Assembly: GCA_030604085.1 (NCBI GenBank)
Contig: JAUVWP010000001.1
Coordinates: 1-57,190 of the forward strand
DNA: 57,190 bases
Origin: Methanosarcinales archaeon
GTDB taxonomy: Archaea; Halobacteriota; Methanosarcinia; Methanosarcinales; Methanogasteraceae
Direction: 5' to 3'
Positions 1-9,520 of this stretch are shown piece after piece. The notes under the pieces were generated by a model, which was not told the origin of the DNA, did not search any database, and worked only from the letters and a program-made list of their open reading frames with translations. Each line of letters opens with the position of its first letter. Position 1 is the first letter of the stretch. A program made the position numbers and the translations under genes.

Positions 1-173
1 AGCATAGCATTGAGATCGTAACATGATAAGGTGGTTTTATCAGTCTCGTATGTTTTGATCTTCTGTTCAAGCGATAAGTTGTATACAAAGCGGCACGCTC
101 CAATATGTTTGAGAAACATTTCTCTTTGCGCCTCATCTGGATACATCCGGTATTTGTATGCTATCAGCATCAT
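1..173 (-). mobile_element. tnpB: IS200/IS605-family TnpB (OrfB) gene; only the N-terminal 57 codons are present and the gene runs off the left edge
   Basis: Not in the ORF track because it is open at the window edge. Reverse-strand translation from the ATG at 173 gives MMLIAYKYRMYPDEAQREMFLKHIGACRFVYNLSLEQKIKTYETDKTTLSCYDLNAM. This matches the characteristic AYKYRxYPxxxQ...CRFVYN N-terminus of TnpB/OrfB_IS605 proteins. Confidence 0.75.
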
Positions 174-404
174 GTTACTATTGTTTTAACAATACTTAAA
201 TATTTCGTTAAAGGATGTGTGTGGGGTGCATTCATCCCCGCATTAAAAATGTGAGGATTTCTGCGTCCCCTGCACCCCATGTTTTGAGCAATCATGAGGT
301 GCCCCAAGCGGATCGATGCTGTCAATCATTCTCCGCATCCGGAAACTCGACAGGACTCTCTATAATTTTCGGTGATCTGCCCCTGGCATCAGTTTCATCT
401 CGTC

Positions 405-1220
405 CTAATAGAACGCCTCCACGGCCCCGCGAAGCGTTTCCGGGATCTCCCGCGTCGTTAACTGGTCGAGCCCCACAGTCGAATCAAGCGTTAGCGGAGT
501 AATCGAGATGTGGTGCTGTGCGAGAGCATGTACATCGGTGCCGGGTTCGTCATCCTGCACGAGATCGCCATTGATCCAGTAGTACGGACGCCCCCGCGGG
601 TCATGCCGCTTCTCAACAGCAGTCTTGAATATCTTTCTCGACAGTCTGGTGATCTCGATCTCAGTATCAAGGGATGCGGTTCGCGGGATGTTGACGTTGA
701 GCACATCCACCCCATCCGGAAAACCCTTTTTAAGTGCGTGTTTTGCAATCCTTCCGACCAGATCGATCCCTGCATCAAAATCGTACTCATAGTGCCTGAG
801 ATCGTCGAACTTGTCGCCCTGATCCACCACCTGAATCGATGCTGCTATCGTTGGGATGCCGTAGCTGGCAGCTTCGAGTGCAGCACCGATCGTGCCGGAT
901 GTGGTCACTATGTCGGTGCTGATGTTCTCGCCGATATTAAACCCGGATACGCAGAGATCAGGAAGCCGGTCCATGATGGCAAAGATCGCGAGGATCACGG
1001 AATCGGCAGGCGTTCCCGCGACCGCATAAGCCTCGAACGTGTCCAGTTTGATCTCAGAGAATCTCAGGGGCTCGAAGACCGATACCGATCTCCCGACACC
1101 TGATTTCTGCATCGATGGCGCCACGACGCTAACGTTTCCGAGATCGCGGACGCTCCTGTACGCTGCCCTGATGCCTGACGAGTACACGCTATCGTCGTTT
1201 GTAACGAGTATTGCTGGCAT
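405..1220 (-). CDS. surE: 5'/3'-nucleotidase SurE
   Basis: ORF 405..1265 carries SurE signatures ILVTNDDSVYSSGIRAAY and VVAPSMQKSGVGRSVS. I trimmed the start to the ATG at 1220 (MPAILVTNDD), which lies directly after the cdc48 stop (1222-1224). The gene ends in TAG. Confidence 0.85.
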   Translation of the reverse strand: MPAILVTNDDSVYSSGIRAAYRSVRDLGNVSVVAPSMQKSGVGRSVSVFEPLRFSEIKLDTFEAYAVAGTPADSVILAIFAIMDRLPDLCVSGFNIGENISTDIVTTSGTIGAALEAASYGIPTIAASIQVVDQGDKFDDLRHYEYDFDAGIDLVGRIAKHALKKGFPDGVDVLNVNIPRTASLDTEIEITRLSRKIFKTAVEKRHDPRGRPYYWINGDLVQDDEPGTDVHALAQHHISITPLTLDSTVGLDQLTTREIPETLRGAVEAFY

Positions 1221-1221
1221 A

Positions 1222-3417
1222 TTATCGGTATCCAACGTACGAACTCGGCTCCTTTGCAGGCACACCGCCCTTGAACATCTCCTGCACCCGCTGGTAATGA
1301 TCCGTGATATCGGTATTTGCGGTTGGTCTTATCTTCTGTATCGCCTCTTCGAAATGCCGCATCTCGATCTGATCGAGATCCTCACGCATCGCAAGCATAG
1401 CAGACTCCCTGCAGAGCGATTCGAGATCGGAGCCGACATAGCCCTCGGTTATATCAGCGAGTTCAGTGAGATCCACATTCGTTAGCGGCATCTCCTTGGT
1501 ATGGATTCGCAGGATAGCTTCTCTTCCAGACTTCGTTGGCACCCCTACATACACGAGCCGGTCAAACCTCCCTGACCTGATGAGCGCAGGATCGACGATG
1601 TCTGGGCGATTGGTTGCAGCAACCACAATCACATCCTTGAGCGTCTGGAGCCCGTCCAGTTCGGTCAAGAGTTGATTTAGCACGCGGTCAGTGACCCTTG
1701 CCAAATCCATCCCGCGAATCGGCGCGAGTGCATCCAGTTCATCGAAGAATATGATGGCGGGTGCAACCTGCTTTGCCTTTTTAAATGTCTCCCGAATCGC
1801 TTTCTCGGATTCCCCGATCCATTTCGAGAGCAGTTGGGGACCGCTTATGCTGATGAAGTTGGCGTTTGATTCGTTTGCAGCAGCCTTTGCAAGCAGGGTC
1901 TTTCCGGTGCCAGGGGGACCGTATAAGAGGATGCCTTTCGGCGGTGTCGTACCCATCTTCTTGAACCTTTCCGGATTTTTAAGGGGCCATTCGATCACTT
2001 CCTGAAGCTCCTGCCGTACAGCATCCATTCCTCCGATGTCAGCCCATGTGACATGTGGAATCTCGACAAGAACCTCGCGCATCGCAGATGGCTCGATCTC
2101 ACGCAGTGCCTCCTCGAAATCCACCCCGGTGACGATCATCCCGTCCAGCACCTCCTTTGGAATCTCCTCGTCGTCAAGATTGATCTCTGGTAGATACTTG
2201 CGCAGCGTTTTCATTGCAGATTCTCTCGTCAGTGATGAGAGATCTGCGCCAACGAAGCCGTGTGTGTTCTCTGCGAGTTCGCACAGATCAACATCATCAG
2301 AGAGCGGCATCCCGCGCACATGAATCTGCAGGATTTCGATGCGGTCTTCCAGATCAGGAACACCGATCTCGACCTCCCTGTCAAATCGTCCTGGGCGGCG
2401 GAGTGCCGGGTCGATCGCATTCACACGGTTCGTTGCCGCGATCACAGCAACCTGCCCACGCTCTTCGAGACCATCCATCAATGACAGTAACTGGGCAACC
2501 ACCCTCCGCTCCACCTCCCCATAAACGTCCTCTCGCTTCGGGGCAATCGAATCGATTTCATCGATGAAAATAATTGAAGGCGACTTTTCTTCAGCCTCCT
2601 CAAAAATATCTCGCAGCCGCTGTTCGCTCTCTCCATAATACTTGCCTATGATCTCAGGTCCTGCGATGTATAGGAAATAAGCCCCGGATTCATTTGCTAC
2701 CGCCTTCGCAATCAATGTTTTCCCGGTTCCAGGCGGACCGTACATCAGTATCCCTTTCGGAGGATCGATGCCCAGTTTCTGAAAAACTTCGGGATGTTTC
2801 ATCGGCAGTTCGATCATCTCACGCACCCGCTCGACCTCATCATGAAGCCCTCCGATATCTTCATAAGTGATGCCGGTACCTTTCGCAGAGTCGAAACCGA
2901 TGACCGGTTTTTCGAGCAGCACGATCTCGGTCTGTTTGTCCACCAGCACCATCCCTTCAGGTACTGTCTCGGTCACGATGAGCGGCAGCATCTGCCCCCC
3001 AAACGGGGACGGCGTCGTCAGGATTGGGATGATGTCACCGAGCAGGATAGGGCGCTTGAACGTCTGCTGCTTCACGATGGTCTCGGCATCAGGACCAAAC
3101 TGGACCTCCGAACCCTGTGGCGGGGCAAAAACCACTCGTTCGGCATCTTTTATGGGTGCACGCCTGATATTCACCCGCTCCCCGATCCCACTGCCAGCGT
3201 TCTGGCGCACATAACTGTCTATCCGTATCGTCTCCTGCCCCCAGTCCTGCCGATCAGCGCGCCAGACCTTCGCACAGGTCACTCTTCTGCCCTCGATCTC
3301 GATGATGTCACCGGGTGACAATTGAAGCATCTGGAGGACGTATGGATCGAGGCGTGCCATCCCTCTTCCCGCATCCTTCGGATACGCCTTTACAACCGTT
3401 AATTGAATTTCGTTCAT
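1222..3417 (-). CDS. cdc48: CDC48/VAT-type AAA+ ATPase with two AAA domains
   Basis: 731 aa. An N-domain is followed by two AAA modules, each with Walker A GPPGTGKT and Walker B ([18 protein letters not shown]). Length and layout are typical of archaeal CDC48. Confidence 0.92.
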   Translation of the reverse strand: MNEIQLTVVKAYPKDAGRGMARLDPYVLQMLQLSPGDIIEIEGRRVTCAKVWRADRQDWGQETIRIDSYVRQNAGSGIGERVNIRRAPIKDAERVVFAPPQGSEVQFGPDAETIVKQQTFKRPILLGDIIPILTTPSPFGGQMLPLIVTETVPEGMVLVDKQTEIVLLEKPVIGFDSAKGTGITYEDIGGLHDEVERVREMIELPMKHPEVFQKLGIDPPKGILMYGPPGTGKTLIAKAVANESGAYFLYIAGPEIIGKYYGESEQRLRDIFEEAEEKSPSIIFIDEIDSIAPKREDVYGEVERRVVAQLLSLMDGLEERGQVAVIAATNRVNAIDPALRRPGRFDREVEIGVPDLEDRIEILQIHVRGMPLSDDVDLCELAENTHGFVGADLSSLTRESAMKTLRKYLPEINLDDEEIPKEVLDGMIVTGVDFEEALREIEPSAMREVLVEIPHVTWADIGGMDAVRQELQEVIEWPLKNPERFKKMGTTPPKGILLYGPPGTGKTLLAKAAANESNANFISISGPQLLSKWIGESEKAIRETFKKAKQVAPAIIFFDELDALAPIRGMDLARVTDRVLNQLLTELDGLQTLKDVIVVAATNRPDIVDPALIRSGRFDRLVYVGVPTKSGREAILRIHTKEMPLTNVDLTELADITEGYVGSDLESLCRESAMLAMREDLDQIEMRHFEEAIQKIRPTANTDITDHYQRVQEMFKGGVPAKEPSSYVGYR

Positions 3418-3834
3418 GAATGTCCGCCTGTTAGATTTGGATTTATGCTTTGATATATCTGTCTGGATTGGCTATAAGGGTTATCTGTACAACGTTAGAG
3501 TTATTTGAAAAATTCCATACGCCCTCAAGCATGTTCCGTAGGGAACGCACGATAAATAAGTTACCAGCAGAAGGTGTCACGCCTATATACTATGTTGGTG
3601 CAAGATGGCACAATCAAATTTTGCTCCGAAAATGAGTGCACATTTTCATGGAACCAGGAGGGTCATGGATGCTTAGTTAAAACACTCGGATTTTATGGCA
3701 GTCAAATTCGTGCAATCCTGGGTATTCGTCTGCATTCGTGATTTTGACAAGCTTTTTATATACTATCTACTTAAATAAACTATGATTGGTATATTAATTT
3801 TTAGAGATTTCCTAAATCTCAAAACCCGGTTTAA

Positions 3835-4971
3835 CTAAAGAATGGTATCCCGGATCCGTGTAAGCGCGTCATAGATTCGCTCTCTCGACGCCGCGTACGA
3901 TATCCGGATGAAGCCTGAACTTTCAGGACCGAATGCAGACCCGGGCGTTACTGCGATATACGCTTCCGTAAGCAAGCGTTCTGCGACATCGTCCCCGCCC
4001 CCGTAGTCAGCAACATTCAGGAAGAGATAGAACGCGCCGTCCGGCTTCGTGCAGTTAAACCCGAGCGATTTCAACCCATCGACCAGAATATCCCGCCGCG
4101 CTTCAAACTCGGCTACCATCGAATCGACCGATCCGTGATCGGACCGTAGCGCGGTAACGCCCGCGTGCTGGACAAAGGATGCGGCATGGCTCACCGAATG
4201 CGACTGTAGTTTGAGCGCCGCTCTGACGATGTCCGGAGGCGCTGCCATGTATTTGAGACGCCAGCCGGTCATCGCGTACGATTTTGAGAAGCCATTTATC
4301 GTGATCACACGGTCATGCATTCCGTCAAAAGACCCGATGCTGTAATGTTTTTTGCCGTAGATGATCTTTTCGTAGATTTCATCGGAGAGTACCGTGATGT
4401 TGTTATCGATTGCGATCTCCGCGATCTCCGTGAGGTATTTTTTCCCGAATACGGCACCACTCGGGTTCCCCGGGCTATTTATGATGATAAGCTTTGTTTT
4501 ACCTGTGACGTAATCCCCGATGTCAGGCGGCATGAAATCCTGATCTGTTGGAACCCATACAGTGCGGGCGCCCGCATACCTGATGCACGCATCGTAAGTG
4601 ACCCATGCCGGATCAAGCAGTATCGCCTCGTCCCCCTCATCAAGCACTGCCTGCACCGACTGGAAGACCGCCTGCTTTGCACCGGGAGTTACAAGGATCT
4701 GATCGGGCGCTGTATCGAGTTTGTTCTCGGTGCGAAGTTTCTCCGCGATCGCATTCTTAAGTTCAGGGATGCCGGCAGCAGGCGTGTAATGGGTCTCGCC
4801 GCGGCGGATCGACTGGAAAGCCGATTCAGAGATGTATTCGGGCGTGTCAAAGTCTGGCTCGCCGAGACTCATGGTTATCACGTCATTTCCCCTTCCCGCA
4901 AGTTCGGATGCGAGTTTTGCTATCGCAAGCGTTGCGGATTCCTCTATAAGATCTAACCGTGCGGATGTCAT
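3835..4971 (-). CDS. Class I PLP-dependent aminotransferase (aspartate aminotransferase-like)
   Basis: 378 aa. Motifs seen are MSLGEPDFDTP, NSPGNPSG and the PLP-lysine motif GFSKSYAMTGWRLKY. The gene ends in TAG. Confidence 0.85.
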   Translation of the reverse strand: MTSARLDLIEESATLAIAKLASELAGRGNDVITMSLGEPDFDTPEYISESAFQSIRRGETHYTPAAGIPELKNAIAEKLRTENKLDTAPDQILVTPGAKQAVFQSVQAVLDEGDEAILLDPAWVTYDACIRYAGARTVWVPTDQDFMPPDIGDYVTGKTKLIIINSPGNPSGAVFGKKYLTEIAEIAIDNNITVLSDEIYEKIIYGKKHYSIGSFDGMHDRVITINGFSKSYAMTGWRLKYMAAPPDIVRAALKLQSHSVSHAASFVQHAGVTALRSDHGSVDSMVAEFEARRDILVDGLKSLGFNCTKPDGAFYLFLNVADYGGGDDVAERLLTEAYIAVTPGSAFGPESSGFIRISYAASRERIYDALTRIRDTIL

Positions 4972-5171
4972 ATTCTGGACTCTGATTCGCTTATCGCCTC
5001 ATAAAACTATGTTTGAATGATGTCGGAAGGGCAAAAACAATTCCGGATACCAGAATAACCATCGATCCTTCCGGCAAACCGGGAATGGAGCAGCAAAAGG
5101 GACTGAAACATCCGACCTTATGCGAAAGACTCCAACTATTTAAATGATGGCAACATCATTGTGATTGAAGG

Positions 5172-5798
5172 ATGGCAGAGATGATCGGGCAGATAGCAGA
5201 CGAACTCAAAGAGCACGCTCCTTTCACGTTTTTTGGGGCACTCACAGGTATCGCCATCATGCTTGCGATCGTCTATGGTGGTTTGCTCCCGCAGGTTGCC
5301 TCGATCTCGGAGAACCTCTTTTATGTCCTGCATCCGGCACATGTTCTATTGAGTGCATCTGTAACTACGGCTTTATACGTACGATACGGGAAGAGGAAGC
5401 TGTGGATCGCACTCCTGATCGGTTATACAGGTTCGATCGGCATAGCAACGAAGAGTGACTCGATTATCCCCTACATAGGCGAAGTCCTGCTCGATCTTCC
5501 GAATAGAGGACTCCACATCGGCGTCATCGAGAAACCGCTGCTGACAAATCTTGCAGCTCTGCTCGGCATCGCGATCGGTTACAGGTACCGGGAGGGCGCG
5601 ACCGAGTTTCCGCACGCCGGACATGTCCTGATAAGTACGTGGGCATCGCTGTTCCACATCATCATGGCGCTTGGCGCAACTGTGGACTGGGTCCGGATTA
5701 TCGGCATCCTGCTATTTTTATTTCTCGCGGTCTGGATCCCGTGCTGTACGAGCGATATAGTGTATCCTTTACTATTTGCAGAGAAAACCGAGTCGTAA
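5172..5798 (+). CDS. Polytopic membrane protein of unknown function
   Basis: 208 aa with about 6 hydrophobic segments. An ATG start lies about 30 nt downstream of a TATA-like tatttaaatg. I do not recognise the family. Confidence 0.6.
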   Translation: MAEMIGQIADELKEHAPFTFFGALTGIAIMLAIVYGGLLPQVASISENLFYVLHPAHVLLSASVTTALYVRYGKRKLWIALLIGYTGSIGIATKSDSIIPYIGEVLLDLPNRGLHIGVIEKPLLTNLAALLGIAIGYRYREGATEFPHAGHVLISTWASLFHIIMALGATVDWVRIIGILLFLFLAVWIPCCTSDIVYPLLFAEKTES

Positions 5799-5910
5799 TA
5801 CAGACTGTATCCCAAAGTCTGCGAAAACAAAAGATATAATAGTGGAGGCGATAACCATGAAAAAAACAATCGGAAACATAGATATACCACAACGACAAAG
5901 TGTAATGATC

Positions 5911-6270
5911 ATGATATCAAAACAACCAAGAAAGCAGAGAAAAGCGCAGTATCAAGCGCCTCTGCATAAAAGACAGAAGTTTATGGGTGCACACTTAAGC
6001 GAATCGCTGCGGGAGAAGTACGGACGGAGAACGTTTGGTGTCCGGTCCGGAGATACTGTAAAAATCATGCGCGGCAAGTATGCTGACACAGAAGGCAAAG
6101 TAGAGCGGGTCGATCTGAAGAAGGGTACACTCGCGATCGATGGTGCAACACTATTCAGGGCGGATGGGGAAGAGGTTCCAAGACCGATATATCCGTCGAA
6201 TGTGATGATAACCAAACTGGATCTTGATGATGAAATTAGAGAACAGATACTTGGAAAGGTGATTGAGTGA
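5911..6270 (+). CDS. rpl24: 50S ribosomal protein uL24 (L24P)
   Basis: MISKQPRKQRKAQYQAPLHKRQKFMGAHLSE...GDTVKIMRGKYADTEGKV is typical archaeal L24. Alternative in-frame starts exist at 5905 and at 5857; the latter is preceded by GGAGG at 5844-5848. Confidence 0.9.
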   Translation: MISKQPRKQRKAQYQAPLHKRQKFMGAHLSESLREKYGRRTFGVRSGDTVKIMRGKYADTEGKVERVDLKKGTLAIDGATLFRADGEEVPRPIYPSNVMITKLDLDDEIREQILGKVIE

Positions 6271-6983
6271 GCAGACATCAGAAAAGACTTTCAATGCCGA
6301 AAACCTGGGATATACAGAGGAAGAGCCATAAGTGGGCTGTTAAAGCTTCGCCGGGTCCGCATTCCGGGTTAAAAAGCATCCCTTTGTTATTGGTCATACG
6401 GGACGTAATGAAACTTGCAAATTCGAGTGGAGAGGCGAAGAAGATCCTGCATGACGGGAATGTACTGGTAGACGGTGTCGTCAGACGGGATTACAAGTTC
6501 CCGGTAGGAGTTTTCGACGTTATAACCATACCGAAGATCGATCTGTCGTACAGGGTGTTTCTGGATGCGAAATAGCGACTCAGTCTGAGAAAAATCAGCG
6601 ACCCAGAGGTTAAATTGTGCAAGATCACCGATAAAACAATTTTGAAGGGTGGAAATACCCAGTTGAACCTTCACGATGGTTCGAATATCGTTTCTGACGA
6701 ATATTCTTATCATTCCTCTGATTCAGTCATTCTCTCACTTCCTGAGCGGAAGGTTGTGAAGCACCTCACCTACAAACCAGGCAGCCTTGCTCTCGTCATC
6801 GGTGGCGCTCATTCAGGAGAACTCGCTACAATCGAGGATATAAGAAAGACGCGGGGTGCGATGCCGAACATGACATCCCTGCACAGCAGTTATGGTTTCG
6901 AGACGATCGAGGATTACGTATTTGTGATAGGTAAAGGCACGCCCGAGATCGAGACGCCGAATGGGGGTGATGTAGTTGACTGA
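6267..6983 (+). CDS. rps4e: 30S ribosomal protein eS4 (S4e), interrupted by one in-frame TAG at 6573-6575
   Basis: Track ORFs 6267..6575 and 6615..6983 are in the same frame. The joined product of 102+1+135 aa is colinear with archaeal S4e (SRHQKRLSMPKTW...PLLLVIRDV...KLCKITDKTILKGGNTQLNLHDG). The GTG start overlaps the rpl24 stop as GTGA. Confidence 0.8.
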
Positions 6984-6987
6984 TCCG

Positions 6988-7488
6988 ATGCGCGCAATCG
7001 AGGTCGATAAGGTGACTGTGCATATCGGCGTGGGCGAGAGCGGAGAGCGTCTCGTCAATGCCGAGAACATCCTCGAGACGATCACCGATCAGAAGTGCGT
7101 GAGAACGATCTCGAAATCACGTATCCCTGCATTCGGGATCAAGATGGGGGAGCCGATCGGTTGCAAGGTCACACTCAGGAGGGATAAGGCATACAAGTTC
7201 ATCGATACAGCACTTGCTATAATCGAGCGTAAACTGTATGCATCCCAGTTCGATGAGACCGGCAACGTATCCTTCGGGATCGAGGAACACACCGATTTCC
7301 CGGATATGTCTTACGATCCGAATATCGGAATTTTTGGGATGGATGTCTCCTTGAGTTTGAAGCGACCCGGATACAGGGTCAGCAGGCGCCGCATCCAGCA
7401 GAACAAGACATCGCACAAACATCGGCTGACTGCTGAGGATGTGCTGTCATGGATGCAGGATCGCTACCAGATAGAGGTGATGGAATGA
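6988..7488 (+). CDS. rpl5: 50S ribosomal protein uL5
   Basis: [22 protein letters not shown]...[10 protein letters not shown]...[13 protein letters not shown] chose the ATG at 6988; the track ORF opens at a TTG at 6976. Confidence 0.9.
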   Translation: MRAIEVDKVTVHIGVGESGERLVNAENILETITDQKCVRTISKSRIPAFGIKMGEPIGCKVTLRRDKAYKFIDTALAIIERKLYASQFDETGNVSFGIEEHTDFPDMSYDPNIGIFGMDVSLSLKRPGYRVSRRRIQQNKTSHKHRLTAEDVLSWMQDRYQIEVME

Positions 7489-7634
7489 GCGAGGATATTC
7501 AGATTGGAAAGGGCGCAAACGTCTGCAAACGATGCGGCAGGAAACAGGGGCTGGTTCGGAGATACCGCATATACCTCTGCCGCCAGTATTTCAGAGAGAT
7601 TGCGAAAGACATGGGTTTTGAAAAATATACTTGA
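7485..7634 (+). CDS. rps14: 30S ribosomal protein uS14 (zinc-ribbon type)
   Basis: The 49-aa product is [49 protein letters not shown]. Its ATG overlaps the rpl5 stop as ATGA. Confidence 0.88.
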   Translation: MSEDIQIGKGANVCKRCGRKQGLVRRYRIYLCRQYFREIAKDMGFEKYT

Positions 7635-7644
7635 GGCGATTATA

Positions 7645-8037
7645 ATGGTACTACTTGACCCACTTGCTGATGCGCTTTCAGCCATCAGGAATGCAGAAAA
7701 AACAGGAAAGCAGGAGTGCACCATACGCCCTGCTTCAAAACTCATCGGTAATGTGCTCTCTGTGATACAGAGCCAGGGCTACATCAGCGAATATGAGTTT
7801 ATTGATGATGGAAAGTCGGGCGTCTTCAAGGTGAGTCTGCACGGAAGGATCAACGACTGTAAGGTTATAAAGCCGAGATTCTCTGCCAAACTGACAGATC
7901 TTGAGAAATGGGAGAAACGGTTCCTGCCTGCAAGAAACTTCGGTGCTCTGGTATTGACGACGCCTCATGGCGTGCTATCGCACTACGAGGCACGAGAGAA
8001 GAAAATCGGAGGACAACTCCTCGCTTACGTGTATTAG
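7645..8037 (+). CDS. rps8: 30S ribosomal protein uS8
   Basis: [25 protein letters not shown]...GGQLLAYVY, 130 aa. The gene ends in TAG. Confidence 0.9.
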   Translation: MVLLDPLADALSAIRNAEKTGKQECTIRPASKLIGNVLSVIQSQGYISEYEFIDDGKSGVFKVSLHGRINDCKVIKPRFSAKLTDLEKWEKRFLPARNFGALVLTTPHGVLSHYEAREKKIGGQLLAYVY

Positions 8038-8052
8038 CGTATCAGGTGGAAA

Positions 8053-8598
8053 ATGGCAAAAGAGATCAAAAAAACGGTTGCGATACCGGACGATGTGGCT
8101 GTTTCGATCGATGGAAGAATGGTTACGGTATCAGGTCCGAAGGGCGAGGTGTCCCGTAAACTATGGTATCCACACATCACGATCCAGCAGATCGAGGACG
8201 CGATAAGCGTGGATGTCGATGCTGCGATGATACGGAAGAAGCAGAAAGCAATGGTCGGCACGCTTGCGTCCCATATCAAGAATATGATCGATGGGGTCGC
8301 GCACGGATACAGATACCGGATGAAGATGGTGTATTCCCATTTTCCGGTTCAATTGCGCATCGATGGCGGCAAATTCATAATAGGCAACTTTCTTGGCGAG
8401 AAGAAAGATCGGGTAGCACAGATACTGGATGGGTCTGATGTAGAGATAAACGGCGACGAGGTGACCGTCACTGGTATCAACAAGGAGTCAGTCGGGCAGA
8501 CCGCGGCGAACATCGAGCAGGCAACGAAGATCAAAGCACGCGATCCAAGGGTATTCCAGGACGGAATATACGTGATCGAGAAAGAGATGATGTCGTAG
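8053..8598 (+). CDS. rpl6: 50S ribosomal protein uL6
   Basis: 181 aa. It sits in the conserved position after rps8 and shows the two-domain L6 pattern (VTVSGPKGEVSRKL ... VTVTGINKESVGQTAANIEQ). The gene ends in TAG. Confidence 0.9.
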   Translation: MAKEIKKTVAIPDDVAVSIDGRMVTVSGPKGEVSRKLWYPHITIQQIEDAISVDVDAAMIRKKQKAMVGTLASHIKNMIDGVAHGYRYRMKMVYSHFPVQLRIDGGKFIIGNFLGEKKDRVAQILDGSDVEINGDEVTVTGINKESVGQTAANIEQATKIKARDPRVFQDGIYVIEKEMMS

Positions 8599-8608
8599 GT
8601 GATGATTT

Positions 8609-9061
8609 ATGGATTCGGCAACCAAGCGATTATTAAATACTAGAAAACAGCAGAAGAGCAAGAAGCCCACATTCAAGCGTACCGACTCTCATAAGAAGAA
8701 GAAACTGAACGAGAACTGGCGGCGCCCGAGAGGGCTGCAGAGCAAGCTTAGAAGGAGGTTTGCATCGAAAGGAGCGGTCGTGCAGGTTGGATACGGCAGC
8801 CCAAAGGCAGTCCGGGGACTACATCCGTCTGGCTTTGAGGAGGTGCTGGTGCGAAATACGGACGATCTACATCCGATCGACCCATCGTATCAAGCTGCGC
8901 GGATCGCACGCACTGTTGGTGTTAGAAAACGGCAGATGATCGAGGAGATCGCAAAGAGCCGCGAGATAAAAATCTTAAACCCACTTCCTGAGGAAATAGG
9001 AGTAGAGGTAGAGGAAGTAGAAAGGGTAGAAGATGTAGAAACAGAAGAGGAGGCGGCGTAA
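8609..9061 (+). CDS. rpl32e: 50S ribosomal protein eL32, with an acidic C-terminal tail
   Basis: WRRPRGLQSKLRRRFASKGAVVQVGYGSPKAVRGLHPSGFEEVLV is the L32e core. The C-terminus EEIGVEVEEVERVEDVETEEEAA is encoded by short GTAGA(R)G-like repeats. Confidence 0.88.
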   Translation: MDSATKRLLNTRKQQKSKKPTFKRTDSHKKKKLNENWRRPRGLQSKLRRRFASKGAVVQVGYGSPKAVRGLHPSGFEEVLVRNTDDLHPIDPSYQAARIARTVGVRKRQMIEEIAKSREIKILNPLPEEIGVEVEEVERVEDVETEEEAA

Positions 9062-9520
9062 ATGGCTGATCGTTACGATTTATCGAATCAACGACGCATT
9101 GCTGCAAATGTGCTTAAAATAGGAGTTAATCGAATCTGGCTTGATCCTGAGGAGAAGGAGAGTATCGCTGATGCAACCACACGGAATGACATCAGGGATC
9201 TGCTCGAGTCGGGCGCGATCCAGGCGAAACCGAAGAAAGGTGTCAGCCGCGCACGCGCACGACAGAGAGACGAGAAACGGAGATATGGGCACGGAACCGG
9301 ACACGGCTCACGGAAAGGGAGAAAAGGTGCGAGAACGCCCAGAAAGAGGGAATGGATCACTAAGATCCGTGCGCTACGCAGCCGTCTCAAGGAACTGCGT
9401 GCTGATGGTACGCTTCCCCCGAATGTTTACTGTAAGGTGTACCGGAAGGCGAAAGGCGGCGAGTACAAGAGCGTGGCGCACATGAACGCATATCTTATGG
9501 CGCAGGGACATCTCAAATGA
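9062..9520 (+). CDS. rpl19e: 50S ribosomal protein eL19
   Basis: [24 protein letters not shown]...[27 protein letters not shown] is typical L19e. Confidence 0.9.
   Translation: MADRYDLSNQRRIAANVLKIGVNRIWLDPEEKESIADATTRNDIRDLLESGAIQAKPKKGVSRARARQRDEKRRYGHGTGHGSRKGRKGARTPRKREWITKIRALRSRLKELRADGTLPPNVYCKVYRKAKGGEYKSVAHMNAYLMAQGHLK

Noticed and set aside
215-502. 95-aa plus-strand ORF between tnpB and surE.
   Set aside because: It overlaps the surE 3' end on the opposite strand and spans the putative IS end hairpins. Its composition is Ser/Pro/Arg-rich with no family resemblance.
5024-5100. Complementary segments CGGAAGG/CCTTCCG and TTCCGG/CCGGGAA between the aminotransferase and membrane-protein genes, considered as a possible metal riboswitch.
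   Set aside because: The membrane-protein gene has a TATA-like box at ~5137-5146, only ~30 nt from its ATG. This region is therefore probably not in its mRNA, and I saw no resemblance to the yybP-ykoY or fluoride motifs.
6576-6600. PYLIS-like stem-loop immediately 3' of the in-frame TAG in rps4e (CTCAG-T-CTGAG).
   Set aside because: The complementary arms are separated by a single nucleotide, so the hairpin is sterically implausible. I saw no larger convincing structure by eye.
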